Assembly: GCF_001194135.2 (NCBI RefSeq)
Contig: NC_068987.1
Location: 73,749,247 to 73,813,246 of the forward strand
Origin: Octopus bimaculoides
Taxonomy: Eukaryota
Length of the DNA: 64,000 nucleotides
Reading direction: 5' to 3'
Positions 1-12,500 of the stretch are shown here, one piece after another; position 1 is the stretch's first letter; each line of letters opens with the position of its first letter. The notes under the pieces are model-generated. The model saw only the letters and a list, made by a program, of their open reading frames with translations, did not search any database and was not told the DNA's origin. The position numbers and the translations under genes were made by a program.

Positions 1-270
1 AACAGATGTATTAGTATAACGCTCGGGAAGTGAAAAAATCTTTAACGTTTCGAGCCTACGCTCTTCCACAGAAAGGAACACGGAAAGAAACGAGGAGAGA
101 AACATGGAGAGAAAAAAAGAATGTGTAGTGGCTAGCGATCTATCATGGCGAATGCCAGACAGAAGGGTCACACGGGAGAGCTAGGAAGAAGGGGAGATAA
201 TAAAGTAGTAGTGATCCCAAAACGAAGGTGCGCGTGCGTGTGTGTAAGATAGTTCGTATGGGCTGGTGAT
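1..270 (-). mobile_element. Penelope-like element terminal (pLTR/UTR) fragment
   Basis: Carries a minimal hammerhead-like motif on the minus strand (40-75), a hallmark of PLE pLTRs; boundaries approximate. Confidence 0.5.
40..75 (-). ncRNA. Minimal type-I hammerhead-like motif with non-canonical core (CUGUGGA)
   Basis: Minus strand: CTTT-CTGTGGA-A-GAGC-gtag-GCTC-GAAA-CG-TT-AAAG; stem I CTTT/AAAG, stem II GAGC/GCTC, palindromic ACGT stem III. Confidence 0.55.
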
Positions 271-560
271 CTTAACGTGTGCGTGTGTGTATGCGTAGGA
301 GTGAAATATGGGACTTGGAAGTGGTCAGTGCTGGTGTGTGCGCGGTGGTGTGTTGTGATGTGATGTGCTGCGTAGTATGGTGTAGTGGTGTGATGGTGTT
401 GGGAGGTGGGGAGGCGAGAGTGGAGAAAACAAGGGTGGGGTGTGGGTTAGGCTGAGGTAGAATAGGGGAATGTGGGTAGAAGTGGGGTATGTGTGTAGGT
501 AGTGGATGAGGGTAGATCTGGGGTATGTTGGAGTGGGTGTATGGAATGGGGTGGGTTGGG

Positions 561-638
561 TTCGTGACCAACTGAGTCGAGGTTTATATATATATATATG
601 TATATATATATTTAAACCTCGACTCCGTCGGTCACGAA
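561..638. repeat. 26-bp inverted repeat around a (TA)n tract
   Basis: ttcgtgaccaactgagtcgaggttta (561-586) vs taaacctcgactccgtcggtcacgaa (613-638), 2 mismatches. Confidence 0.9.
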
Positions 639-963
639 TGACCATTGGTGCACGTAAGAGGTTTCCCTCCGGGGTACAATCTGTGTGGAATGTTACCTAA
701 CAGGCGAACGCACAACTCAGGGTTGTTTTTATGGAAGACCAGAGTCGCACATGCATACCAGCCTCCCCTCCCCTCTCCACGCCACCGATGTTATCCAAAG
801 GAAAGACAAAAGCCGATACAGCTTGGTATCAGTGACGTCACAACTCATTTCTACAACTGAGTGAACTGGAGCAACGTGAAACAACACGCAGCCCGGTCCA
901 AGAATCGAACTCACAACCTTACTATCGTAAGCTCGACACTCTAACCATTGAGCCATGCGCTTT
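613..963 (-). mobile_element. tRNA-derived SINE (family B)
   Basis: Minus-strand head gcgcatggctcaatggttagag...gagttcgattc (A and B boxes); body homologous to copy at 20855-21200. Confidence 0.85.
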
Positions 964-1499
964 CACTTTATTNNNNNNNNNNNNNNNNNNNNNNNNNNNN
1001 NNNNNNNNNNNNNNNNNNNNNNNNNNNNNNNNNNNNNNNNNNNNNNNNNNNNNNNNNNNNNNNNNNNNNNNNNNNNNNNNNNNNNNNNNNNNNNNNNNNN
1101 NNNNNNNNNNNNNNNNNNNNNNNNNNNNNNNNNNNNNNNNNNNNNNNNNNNNNNNNNNNNNNNNNNNNNNNNNNNNNNNNNNNNNNNNNNNNNNNNNNNN
1201 NNNNNNNNNNNNNNNNNNNNNNNNNNNNNNNNNNNNNNNNNNNNNNNNNNNNNNNNNNNNNNNNNNNNNNNNNNNNNNNNNNNNNNNNNNNNNNNNNNNN
1301 NNNNNNNNNNNNNNNNNNNNNNNNNNNNNNNNNNNNNNNNNNNNNNNNNNNNNNNNNNNNNNNNNNNNNNNNNNNNNNNNNNNNNNNNNNNNNNNNNNNN
1401 NNNNNNNNNNNNNNNNNNNNNNNNNNNNNNNNNNNNNNNNNNNNNNNNNNNNNNNNNNNNNNNNNNNNNNNNNNNNNNNNNNNNNNNNNNNNNNNNNNN

Positions 1500-1547
<48 letters not shown>

Positions 1548-2579
1548 GTTTGTGGGTATATGTATATATATAAACACACACACACACACATACATGGCGT
1601 ACATATATATGCATACGCATGACACGTGAACAAAATGAACAAAATCGAATCTCTAACGACTAATCTGCGCTGACATCACTTATGAGTTGAGAACAAACTG
1701 AAGCTATTTGCGTCTCTCTAATTAATGCAGTCGTTATTGACAAATGGAAAACATTAAGATGTACTTGAATAAACAATGATCGATTGGGAACATCGCAGCC
1801 TTTAGAATGATTGCAGGCAATCAAAGAAGACAAATACATCGAACCGAGAGGAAAGAGCGAATGATACTTCACTGAGGATGCCTGTTTGATTGAGAAACAA
1901 ACGGTCTCTAGCTGCTCATCTGTCAATAATCACCACCCCACGGCTGCTGCATTTTTTTTTCTTTTGCTGTTGATATGTATGTAAAAGGGTAGGTGAGTAC
2001 GTAAGCAATTTTGAATATCTTTGTCTGTTGAATGAGGGGTTTTGGGCCTTAAGCACAGATATCGTCAGAGAGCTTTTGGGTGTCCTACATAATTTTCACT
2101 ACAGAGAGTCGGGTATCAGCTTTCGTCATATTGATTTCTTACACGGACATTTAACCTGAGGCTTTCATTTACAGGAGAAGCGATAAGTGATTGCGTGACA
2201 TTCATGTGTGTCTCGATGACATTAATGACGTAAGTGAAGTGAAATAGTTTCATATTTCTTTTTCTTTCCGATGTCTACGTGAACTTAATTGACGGGCGTT
2301 ATGGTTGTACTGTTATGGTTGTTGTCATTTTTGTCGTCGTTGTAATTGTTATTACAGTCTCAGATTCATTACATTTCAATGATAAAATTTATTCCCAGTT
2401 GCCCATAACTGGCGGTGGGGGAAGAAATATAGTTTTTCGGTGGCATAAGTGACTGGTTTAGATCAAAGTCGAAATCAGTGTTCTTATCCTGACAAACACC
2501 AGGTCCCTCTCTTTCTTTCCTGAAGTGTTAGTGATATTTTGCCCTTCCCTTCGTCTTCATTAGTTCTTTCTTTTATAGG

Positions 2580-4010
<1,431 letters not shown>

Positions 4011-4012
4011 TT

Positions 4013-4044
<32 letters not shown>

Positions 4045-4135
4045 CGAGTGAGAGAGCAGTGCATGCCATCAAAGTAACACTGGGGTACAAATATACGAAG
4101 CCCAGTATACCCATCATGACTTCCCGTCTGATAAG

Positions 4136-4362
4136 TGTACTCTTCCACCGCAACTTTCTCTCACTCTTACTTCCTGTTTCTGTTGTGCCTGTAATTCAAA
4201 GGGTCAGCCTTGTCACACTATGTCACGCTGAATATCCCCGAGAACTACGTTAAGGGTACAGGTGTCTGTGGAGTGCTCAGCCACTTGCACATTAATTTCA
4301 CGAGCAGGCTGTTCCGTTGATCGGATCAACTGGAACCCAGTGTCATAACCGACGGAGCGCCA
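4136..4362 (+). mobile_element. 5'-truncated copy of young SINE family E
   Basis: Near-identical to the 3' part (~56880-57110) of the full-length copy. Confidence 0.85.
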
Positions 4363-4373
4363 ATTTATAAATA

Positions 4374-4404
<31 letters not shown>

Positions 4405-4898
4405 TCACACACATGTATACATACACGTGTGCATGTATGTTTGTGTGTGTGTGTGTGCGTGTGTATGTGTGTGTGTACGTGTACATAGATGCTTGTAGAA
4501 ATCGGCTGCCCAGTGGATATGAATGTCTTATCAAACCGTTGAAGAAAGAACATCTGTGGAGAACTACCGAGAAAGATATAGCTCTTATATAAAGAAACTA
4601 AATTTTCATTTGTACCTAAATACGGCTATAAATCTACATAAAGACCTATAACTACTGAGGTTCTCCAAAATAAACAGAGCAGACTGATTAGCATATTCCA
4701 TTCCAAAAACTATCGATTAGAAGTGTAGTGAATTACAAGGATTTTCCATTTTAAAATCTTTTATGAGTATATCCACATAAACATTGGTGCATATGGAATA
4801 CAGACGCATGCACGCAAACAGTGCTGAAGTCCTCACACATGTATACTTACGTGACATGCACATCCTTCACACAAGTTCAAGTTTATCTACATCCAAGT

Positions 4899-4929
<31 letters not shown>

Positions 4930-5849
4930 NNNNNNNNNNNNNNNNNNNNNNNNNNNNNNNNNNNNNNNNNNNNNNNNNNNNNNNNNNNNNNNNNNNNNNN
5001 NNNNNNNNNNNNNNNNNNNNNNNNNNNNNNNNNNNNNNNNNNNNNNNNNNNNNNNNNNNNNNNNNNNNNNNNNNNNNNNNNNNNNNNNNNNNNNNNNNNN
5101 NNNNNNNNNNNNNNNNNNNNNNNNNNNNNNNNNNNNNNNNNNNNNNNNNNNNNNNNNNNNNNNNNNNNNNNNNNNNNNNNNNNNNNNNNNNNNNNNNNNN
5201 NNNNNNNNNNNNNNNNNNNNNNNNNNNNNNNNNNNNNNNNNNNNNNNNNNNNNNNNNNNNNNNNNNNNNNNNNNNNNNNNNNNNNNNNNNNNNNNNNNNN
5301 NNNNNNNNNNNNNNNNNNNNNNNNNNNNNNNNNNNNNNNNNNNNNNNNNNNNNNNNNNNNNNNNNNNNNNNNNNNNNNNNNNNNNNNNNNNNNNNNNNNN
5401 NNNNNNNNNNNNNNNNNNNNNNNNNNNNNNNNNNNNNNNNNNNNNNNNNNNNNNNNNNNNNNNNNNNNNNNNNNNNNNNNNNNNNNNNNNNNNNNNNNNN
5501 NNNNNNNNNNNNNNNNNNNNNNNNNNNNNNNNNNNNNNNNNNNNNNNNNNNNNNNNNNNNNNNNNNNNNNNNNNNNNNNNNNNNNNNNNNNNNNNNNNNN
5601 NNNNNNNNNNNNNNNNNNNNNNNNNNNNNNNNNNNNNNNNNNNNNNNNNNNNNNNNNNNNNNNNNTATATATATATATATATATATATGTATGCATATAT
5701 GTATGTGTGTATGTATGAATGTACGTATGTACGTATGTGTGTATGCGTATATGTATGCATGCATGCATGTATATTTGTATGTATGTATGTATGTATGTAT
5801 GTATGTGTGTGTGTGCGTGCGTGCATGTTACAAGGCTGACCCTTTGAAC

Positions 5850-5990
5850 TACAGTTATTAATCATTTTTGCCAGCTGAGTGGACTGCAGCAATGTGAAAT
5901 AATATGTCTTGCTGAAGGACACAACGCGTCGCCGGAAATTGAACTCACGACTGTGAGCCGAATTCCCTAATCACTAAGCCATATGCCTTC
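5850..5990 (-). mobile_element. SINE family B head fragment
   Basis: gaaattgaactcacgactgtgagccgaattccctaatcactaagccatatgcc is a reverse-complement tRNA-like head. Confidence 0.7.
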
Positions 5991-6427
5991 ACTATATATG
6001 CACATATATATAAGTGTATATATATATACATACATGCACGCACACGCACACACACACATATATATTCCCTTTTGGTTAAGGCTGGATACCCATAAACTAT
6101 GTGTTCAATTGTGTCTTCACAACTCTTCACATAATCTGCTGATATACTGTTAAACTTTGTAAGTTGCTTTATTCCCTATTTTTGGTAGATTTTTTTAGAA
6201 AGGCTTTACTCTTGTACTGCAATATATAGAAAAAATAAACAAAGCCTTTCGATCTTAGCTTCGCACTACGTACTATTCAGCTAGTATGGAATTTCATCTC
6301 GATGTAACCTCATTTGAGCTTAGTTCAAATTTTTTAATATAACTTTTCTCAGTTCTATATTTAAGAGATGAGGAATTATTTACATTATTTACATTTGACG
6401 GATATTTGTCCTCATCTTTTTTGTTGT

Positions 6428-6475
6428 TAACACAACGTTTCGGCTGATATACCCTCCAGCTTTCGTCAGGTGTCT
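6428..6475 (-). ncRNA. Minimal type-I hammerhead ribozyme (PLE-type)
   Basis: Minus strand GACAC-CTGACGA-a-AGCTG-gagggtatat-CAGCC-GAAA-CG-TT-GTGTT: stem I GACAC/GTGTT, core CUGANGA and GAAA, palindromic ACGT stem III; one A.C mismatch at the base of stem II. Confidence 0.75.
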
Positions 6476-6560
6476 TGGGTAAATTTCGAACCTGGGTTCT
6501 CATTCCTAACGATGTTACTATTATTATATTATTATTATTATTATTATTACTATTATTAGT

Positions 6561-6621
6561 GAATCGAACTCGGAACCTTGGGGTTAGTAGCCCGCGTTCT
6601 TAACCACTACGCCATATGCCC
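6561..6621 (-). promoter_or_regulatory. tRNA-like Pol III internal promoter (A box and B box) inside the PLE terminal region
   Basis: Minus strand gggcata-TGGCGTAGTGG-ttaagaacgcgggctactaaccccaaggttcc-GAGTTCGATTC; no complete acceptor stem, so not a tRNA gene. Confidence 0.75.
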
Positions 6622-8374
6622 GTGGGCAATTATGGGGTGAATTTTGAGGCTTATAAATCTATTATTTTTCTATCCTTCCTCAATACCGGTTCCCATATGC
6701 TATTCATATCTGCACTCGGTCTGCTTAGGAGGTTGTTGTGTCCTAGCATATGTGCTGCTTCTTTTAGTTTTCGTATTTTCCAGTGTTGTTCCCTGTCTAT
6801 TATTTATTTATTATTTTTTTTTCTATTATTTTTTGTCTATTATTTTTTTTTTCTCGTTTGTTGTTTTCCATTTCTCCTTATAAGCGCCTCTTATTTGAAA
6901 GTCTGTTTTACTTGTTGGCTTCTCCGAAAACAAAACAGCCCTTCGTTCATGATTTGTTACTATTTGTATTTATCGCCCACCGTTCTTTGCTAAATGGTTT
7001 GGTATTCCTACAGAAGATATTTTATAAGGATATCCTAAGCGCAGAAAACCCCTACCTCAACATGTTCATGATAATCACAATATTTGAGAATCGGACTATA
7101 GAATCGGATATATTCTAAATGATGTGTTCTAAATTGGTATATCGTACCAATCGGACTTGGTATGATGTATTCTAAGTATTTTTTGTTTGTTTTTCTATCT
7201 AGTTTTGCTAATTTACTTAAACTTCTTGTTGCAAATATTGTACCATCAGTAGCAGAGCTAGAACGTTCATATATAGTTTTCTTTTTCAGTTAAGTTTGCT
7301 TAAGTATTAATCTAATACTCCTTTCTAATATTTTTGATTCATGCTACTTCCTAATTTTATATGTCTGCGTTTGGTCCAATTTCCTTTTCTGTGTTCCATT
7401 ATCTAATACGATGTTAGTTGTTTTTAGTTTTTTTTCTTTTGTTAATTTTCTTTATTCATGGTTACTGTGGTACATTTTTTTAAACCAAATTTCCTGTTAA
7501 TTCTTTTTGCACTCTATGTTATCATATTGCCAGTTATTCATCATTTACCGAATACACCTTGAAATCAACCATGAGCAAAAAACGCTGATTATTTCCTAAT
7601 AGCAATTGTGTCCGAGTCTAATTTCATTTATCATGTTGATGGAAGATGTTTATGTCAGTTAGAAAATGAATAGAGAGCGAGAATTCTCGTTGGAATGTTC
7701 CACTTCTAATAGAGATCAGCTTCCCTTTTATCATTCCTCTTCTACTTATATCTGCAGAATTTTTTCATCTATTCATGACAAATTTGATATATCTGCTCTG
7801 TTTTTGGTGCTACCTTACTGATAGCTAATTTCAAAAATATTCTAATAGTCATTTCACATAATACTCATAAACTTTTATTAAGCTTTCGGTTATGATGTCA
7901 TTGATCCGTAATTATCCTACAAAATCTTTAATCTTCTAGAGAATTCCATTTGTTCTTATGGATAAAAGATTATTTTCAAGGAATCATTTACCCTCTGCAA
8001 TATCATTAATGGTAAAGCCTGGAATGCTGGAAGCAGACAAATCATGTATCTGTAGTTAGGGAGTTTATAGTTTCTTCAGACTTCGGTAATAAGATCATTC
8101 TCTACTCATAGATGTAAAAAACAATAGCGTTTTATTAATAAGTTAATATATTCTTACACTGTTTCTATTATCATTGACATAATCTGTTTTCGATTTATTT
8201 TCCACGCTGTTATTTCATTGAAATTAATGGATATTTTTCGATGCACTGAGGTGCACTCCCTCTTCTTGTATATTACAGCTGCTACTCTCTGTTATGAGGT
8301 TACGTTAGTGATAGATCGATAGTATAACGGTTTTATTGGTAGTCACCAGTTTTTCTACAACAGTTACATTTTTG

Positions 8375-9722
8375 TAAGTACCGTGCAATCAGGAGAGGTG
8401 ACGAGAGGAATTGGCTCCTTTAGTACATCGCAAGGTCGATACAAATAAAAATATGAAAAGAGGATAAATCCTGTATAAGTGCCAGAAGGAAAAGAGAGAC
8501 ACAACCGGTAGAAAGTTTAAGAGAAGATTTTATTGATATGTCAACATGTGTATCTGTGTGTGAGTGCGACATATAAACATAATAATAGACAGGCCGTCAT
8601 GTAAACAAAGTGTATGTGTATACAAACATGGATGTATGCGTGTGCGAGAAGTTGCAAAATCCATAATGTGGGGAATTGGATATTTGTCTGGTTGCGTTTT
8701 CGCATTAAGCTGTCTAAAATCTCCACAAGGACACCAGTCAATGAGATTCTTCTTCACCATAACTAACGGTGTTGACCAGCTATTACTGGAAGGACGAATT
8801 ATACCATGGTCCAACATATGACTAAACTCGGCCTTAGCAACCTTCAATTTTTCCGGAGATAGTCTTCTCGGCTTGGAAAAACTTGGTGGTCCTTGTGTGA
8901 TGATGTGATGTTTCACTGAATGCAAACACTTGGTATTTAGAGCTAATGGTTTCGTAATTTTAGGGTAATTCTACAGAATCCGGTGATAACGATTTTCTGA
9001 GGACGCCATGAAATACAATGGACTGACTGGCCTTTCTGCATCTCATTCCTTGGATGTTTAATGAAGTTTCTGTGTCTATCAGCTTTTGTTTTTCTACATC
9101 TACCATTAAATGATAGTGTGCCAGAAAATCTGTCCCTAATATTAGGTATTGCAGATTCGCTACGATGAAGATCCACTTATATTGTCTTCGTAAATTTAAA
9201 TTCAGAGTTAAACTAATCTCTCCAAATGTTCGAATTTCAGACTGATTAACTGCTTGAAGAGTCAAATAAATAGGTTTTGGTTTCTCTTTCAAGAGTTTTA
9301 CAGGCCAAATTGAACAGGCTGCTCCTGTATCTACCAGAAACCTTTCTTTCGAGTTCGAGTAAAATACGAAAAATACGCGACTTTTATTGAAGCTGTCCAC
9401 AGATTTCATCGCATCTAATCTGTGGCTGAGAAGTTTCCCGAATTTTTGTTGTTGTTTAGAAAATCAAATGCACATGGCTTGGAACTTGGACTTCTTGATC
9501 TCTTTCGCCATTTTGCGTTGTTTCTTTTAGCAGAGCGACTGTCTCTTTCGGGTTGAAGACTTTCGATTTTCTTCGTCAACAACTCGTAACTTTCTTTCAA
9601 ACTTTCTCGTAACTTTCTTTCAATACCTGTATTTCGGTAGAAGAAAGTTCGTATTTATGTGTAACAGAGAGAGAAAGAGAGAGAGAGAGGGGGGAGAGGG
9701 ATAGAGAGAGAGAGGGGGGAGA

Positions 9723-9764
<42 letters not shown>

Positions 9765-9820
9765 TAGAGAGAGAGAGAGGAGGAGAGGGAAAGAGAGAGA
9801 GAGAGAGAAGAACGCTACAA
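8375..9820 (-). mobile_element. Ty3/Gypsy LTR retrotransposon remnant (gag end, protease, RT N-terminus; truncated)
   Basis: Aspartic protease FLVDTGAACSIW...LGTDFL (8960-9409); RT start HHIITQGPP...[18 protein letters not shown]...[21 protein letters not shown] (8660-8925); stops and frameshifts; outer limits approximate. Confidence 0.9.
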
Positions 9821-10224
9821 TAGAAATGGTGTAGCGCCGGACAAAATGTCCAGTAGTATATAACTAGTCCCAGGAAGATTAAAAAAAAATTGCGCAGTTG
9901 ATTAGTCTTTCATTTTTTTGAAGTTGATAAAAATAAAGTCCAGTCTAACACAGTAGCCGATAAAATCGACATTGCCCCTTCTCCCAGCATTTGTGGTCGT
10001 TTATTTGTTAGAAATCATAATTGTTTTTATGTTACACAATAATTATAAGCTGGCGGAAATCCATGTTTTCGACGTGGTTTCGATTTCTGTTTAAGAACCT
10101 TTCGTTTAACTTCTTCCTCATACGTAACATAACCTGGTTCTCATTGCTTGGAATGCGGCACAAATGAAATTGAATACTCAGTCTTCACAAATTCAACAAT
10201 GCTTCCAATACATATAATTATAAG

Positions 10225-10430
10225 CCGGCGAGCTAGCAGAATCGTTAGCACGCCGGACAAAATTCTCTGCAGCATTTCGTCTGTCTTTATGTTCTGAGTT
10301 CAAATCCGCCGAAGTCGACTTTGCCTTTCATCCTTTCGGAGTCGATAAGATAAGTACCAGTTGAGTACTGGGATCGATGACATCGGCTTAGCCCCTTATC
10401 CCGAACTTGCTGGCTTTGTGCCAAATTGAA
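10225..10430 (+). mobile_element. SINE family A, full length
   Basis: gccggcgagctagcagaatcgttagcacgccgg...ttctgagttcaaatccgccgaagtcgactttgcc. Confidence 0.85.
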
Positions 10431-11326
10431 AACAATATACATAATTTATATATCATTTATATAAACGGTGCAGTGGAATCGCGTGAAATTCAGCACAGAG
10501 CGGCAGCATGGTCCGCTCATGTTCAGGAGATTTTTATTGCCCTCCAACTCCCACGGTTACCGAGATAATCGATTATTACTTTTTAAGATAGGAATATCCT
10601 ATTCAAAGTGAGGAGGGGCNNNNNNNNNNNNNNNNNNNNNNNNNNNNNNNNNNNNNNNNNNNNNNNNNNNNNNNNNNNNNNNNNNNNNNNNNNNNNNNNN
10701 NNNNNNNNNNNNNNNNNNNNNNNNNNNNNNNNNNNNNNNNNNNNNNNNNNNNNNNNNNNNNNNNNNNNNNNNNNNNNNNNNNNNNNNNNNNNNNNNNNNN
10801 NNNNNNNNNNNNNNNNNNNNNNNNNNNNNNNNNNNNNNNNNNNNNNNNNNNNNNNNNNNNNNNNNNNNNNNNNNNNNNNNNNNNNNNNNNNNNNNNNNNN
10901 NNNNNNNNNNNNNNNNNNNNNNNNNNNNNNNNNNNNNNNNNNNNNNNNNNNNNNNNNNNNNNNNNNNNNNNNNNNNNNNNNNNNNNNNNNNNNNNNNNNN
11001 TTATAATGAATGCTCATTTAAATGTATTTTGCATGGAGTTGATGTACTTTTTAACAGGAGAGGAGTGCCTGCAGGCTGGTTCTTCTCAAATTTATGCCTT
11101 TTCAGGTTCAATGTGTTTCAAATAAGTACTGACAATTGAAGGTGCTTGCAAAGACAAAGAACTACCTGTTTTTTTTTTTAACAATTTTAACACTGAGAAC
11201 ATTGGACAAAATATGTTATTGACATTAATAGTTTGTACCTCAGCTAATTACTGTTGAGAACTGCATAATCCATGTGTCATGTTAGAGATCTAAAAGGCAT
11301 TTTCGAATTTCATTATTTTCTTTAAT

Positions 11327-11354
11327 CCAGGCAACGCTGGATATTTCTGCTAGT
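11327..11354 (+). mobile_element. Helitron-like 3' terminus
   Basis: ccaggcaacgctgg hairpin-like motif followed 9 nt later by CTAGT. Confidence 0.5.
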
Positions 11355-11415
11355 AAGCATATAGGATTAAGGGTCTTATCTCAATTGGGGTACCATACAA
11401 TAATATCACACTTCA

Positions 11416-12290
11416 GTGGCTATAGTAATTATCATATCAAGTAGCTCACGAAACCCACCTCACAGCAACACCACAGAATTACACTGCACAATACCACAAC
11501 AGTACTCTACAGAAGTACACTACCAAGCTAGACCACAACTCACGCCAACACCGCTCAAGGACATCACATTACAGGACTATACTACAACACCGTACCGCAG
11601 AAATACACAACACCATCCTATGTATAAACCAGCACCAGAGCACAACACCAAACAACAATACCGTAGAACAGAAATACATCACATCAACACACTACATCAC
11701 AAGACCAAAATACATCACACTATAAAACTGCAGCAAACTACGACACCTCACAATTACACTCCACAACTACAACACCACGCTACATTACGTCACAGCAACA
11801 TCACCCCAAAATGTTGCACTAGGATAGCGCACCAAAACATCATACTATACTACAGACCTATATTACAACATATAGGTTGTAATATATCATGCCCAAGTAC
11901 TGTAGCACATCACAACATCTCAACACGCAACACTGCTGCTCCGAAGCACAGAAATATACTGCACCACAACGCTCCAAAACAACACTACAATACCACAGTA
12001 GACCACAACACTAGACGTGCCACTTCAAGACAACAGCACTTCAAGACAATAACACAGCATTGCAACACACACCAGAACTGCAGCACAATACAATACAACA
12101 GGACTACGACACAAAATGACCCCAACAGTAATGCAGGATAACATAAACGGTACCAAAGTACACTAGCACAATTCTGTACAACAGCACAATACCTCTATCA
12201 AAACACCACAACGCCGCAACACCACAATGCTCCACCACAAGTAACACAATTCTTCAATTACAGTAATACGATCCCGCAACGCAATTAAAA
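11416..12290. repeat. Degenerate (CAA/CAC/ACT)-rich low-complexity tract
   Basis: Strongly C/A-skewed short-period repeats; explains the spurious 241-aa ORF. Confidence 0.8.
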
Positions 12291-12304
12291 CCAAGACAGG
12301 AGAT

Positions 12305-12500
12305 ACTACGTGGTTATTCGACTTGCTAGAAATAACGACGTAGTTTCTCTCAAATCCCGTTTACACCCTTGCAAAAGGACATGTTAGATGAGGTTGTTCT
12401 GAATTCACTGATCGTAGGAAAAGACGGGATGGCCGCTGATGAAATCCCTTTGATAACAAATCTGCTCGATCAGTATTGACCTAGGGTTAGATAACAAATT
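12305..12500 (+). mobile_element. SINE 3' body (family D)
   Basis: cgacttgctagaaataac...gggatgg...ctgctcgatcag...gacctagggtta; similar segments near 33130-33710, 46160-46210 and 52280-53090. Confidence 0.65.

Larger units (their letters stand above)
6365..6794 (-). mobile_element. Penelope-like 3' fragment: GIY-YIG C-terminus, tRNA-like box pair, (AAT)n and hammerhead
   Basis: 6794-6651 translates without stops as REQHWKIRKLKEAAHMLGHNNLLSRPSADMNSIWEPVLRKDRKIIDL*, resembling PLE GIY-YIG C-termini; followed by the modules listed next. Confidence 0.75.
6060..8350 (-). mobile_element. Degenerate R4/Dong-type non-LTR retrotransposon (RT + CCHC), interrupted by a Penelope fragment
   Basis: Minus-strand remnants IRSGTFQ (RGIFQGD-like, ~7700), LLMVDFKVYS (LLFMDDLKLY-like, ~7570), KFGLKKCT (~7480), and CEDTIEHIVYGYPALTKREY (CCHC knuckle, 6060-6130). 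Many stops and frameshifts. Confidence 0.7.

Noticed and set aside
6561-6621. tRNA gene (also the heads of SINE families A, B, C and E)
   Set aside because: A and B boxes are present but the cloverleaf and acceptor stem are incomplete; these are SINE-type derivatives.
11416-12141. 241-aa His/Thr/Gln-rich ORF
   Set aside because: Arises from C/A-skewed low-complexity sequence that lacks stops in one frame; no splice or domain support.
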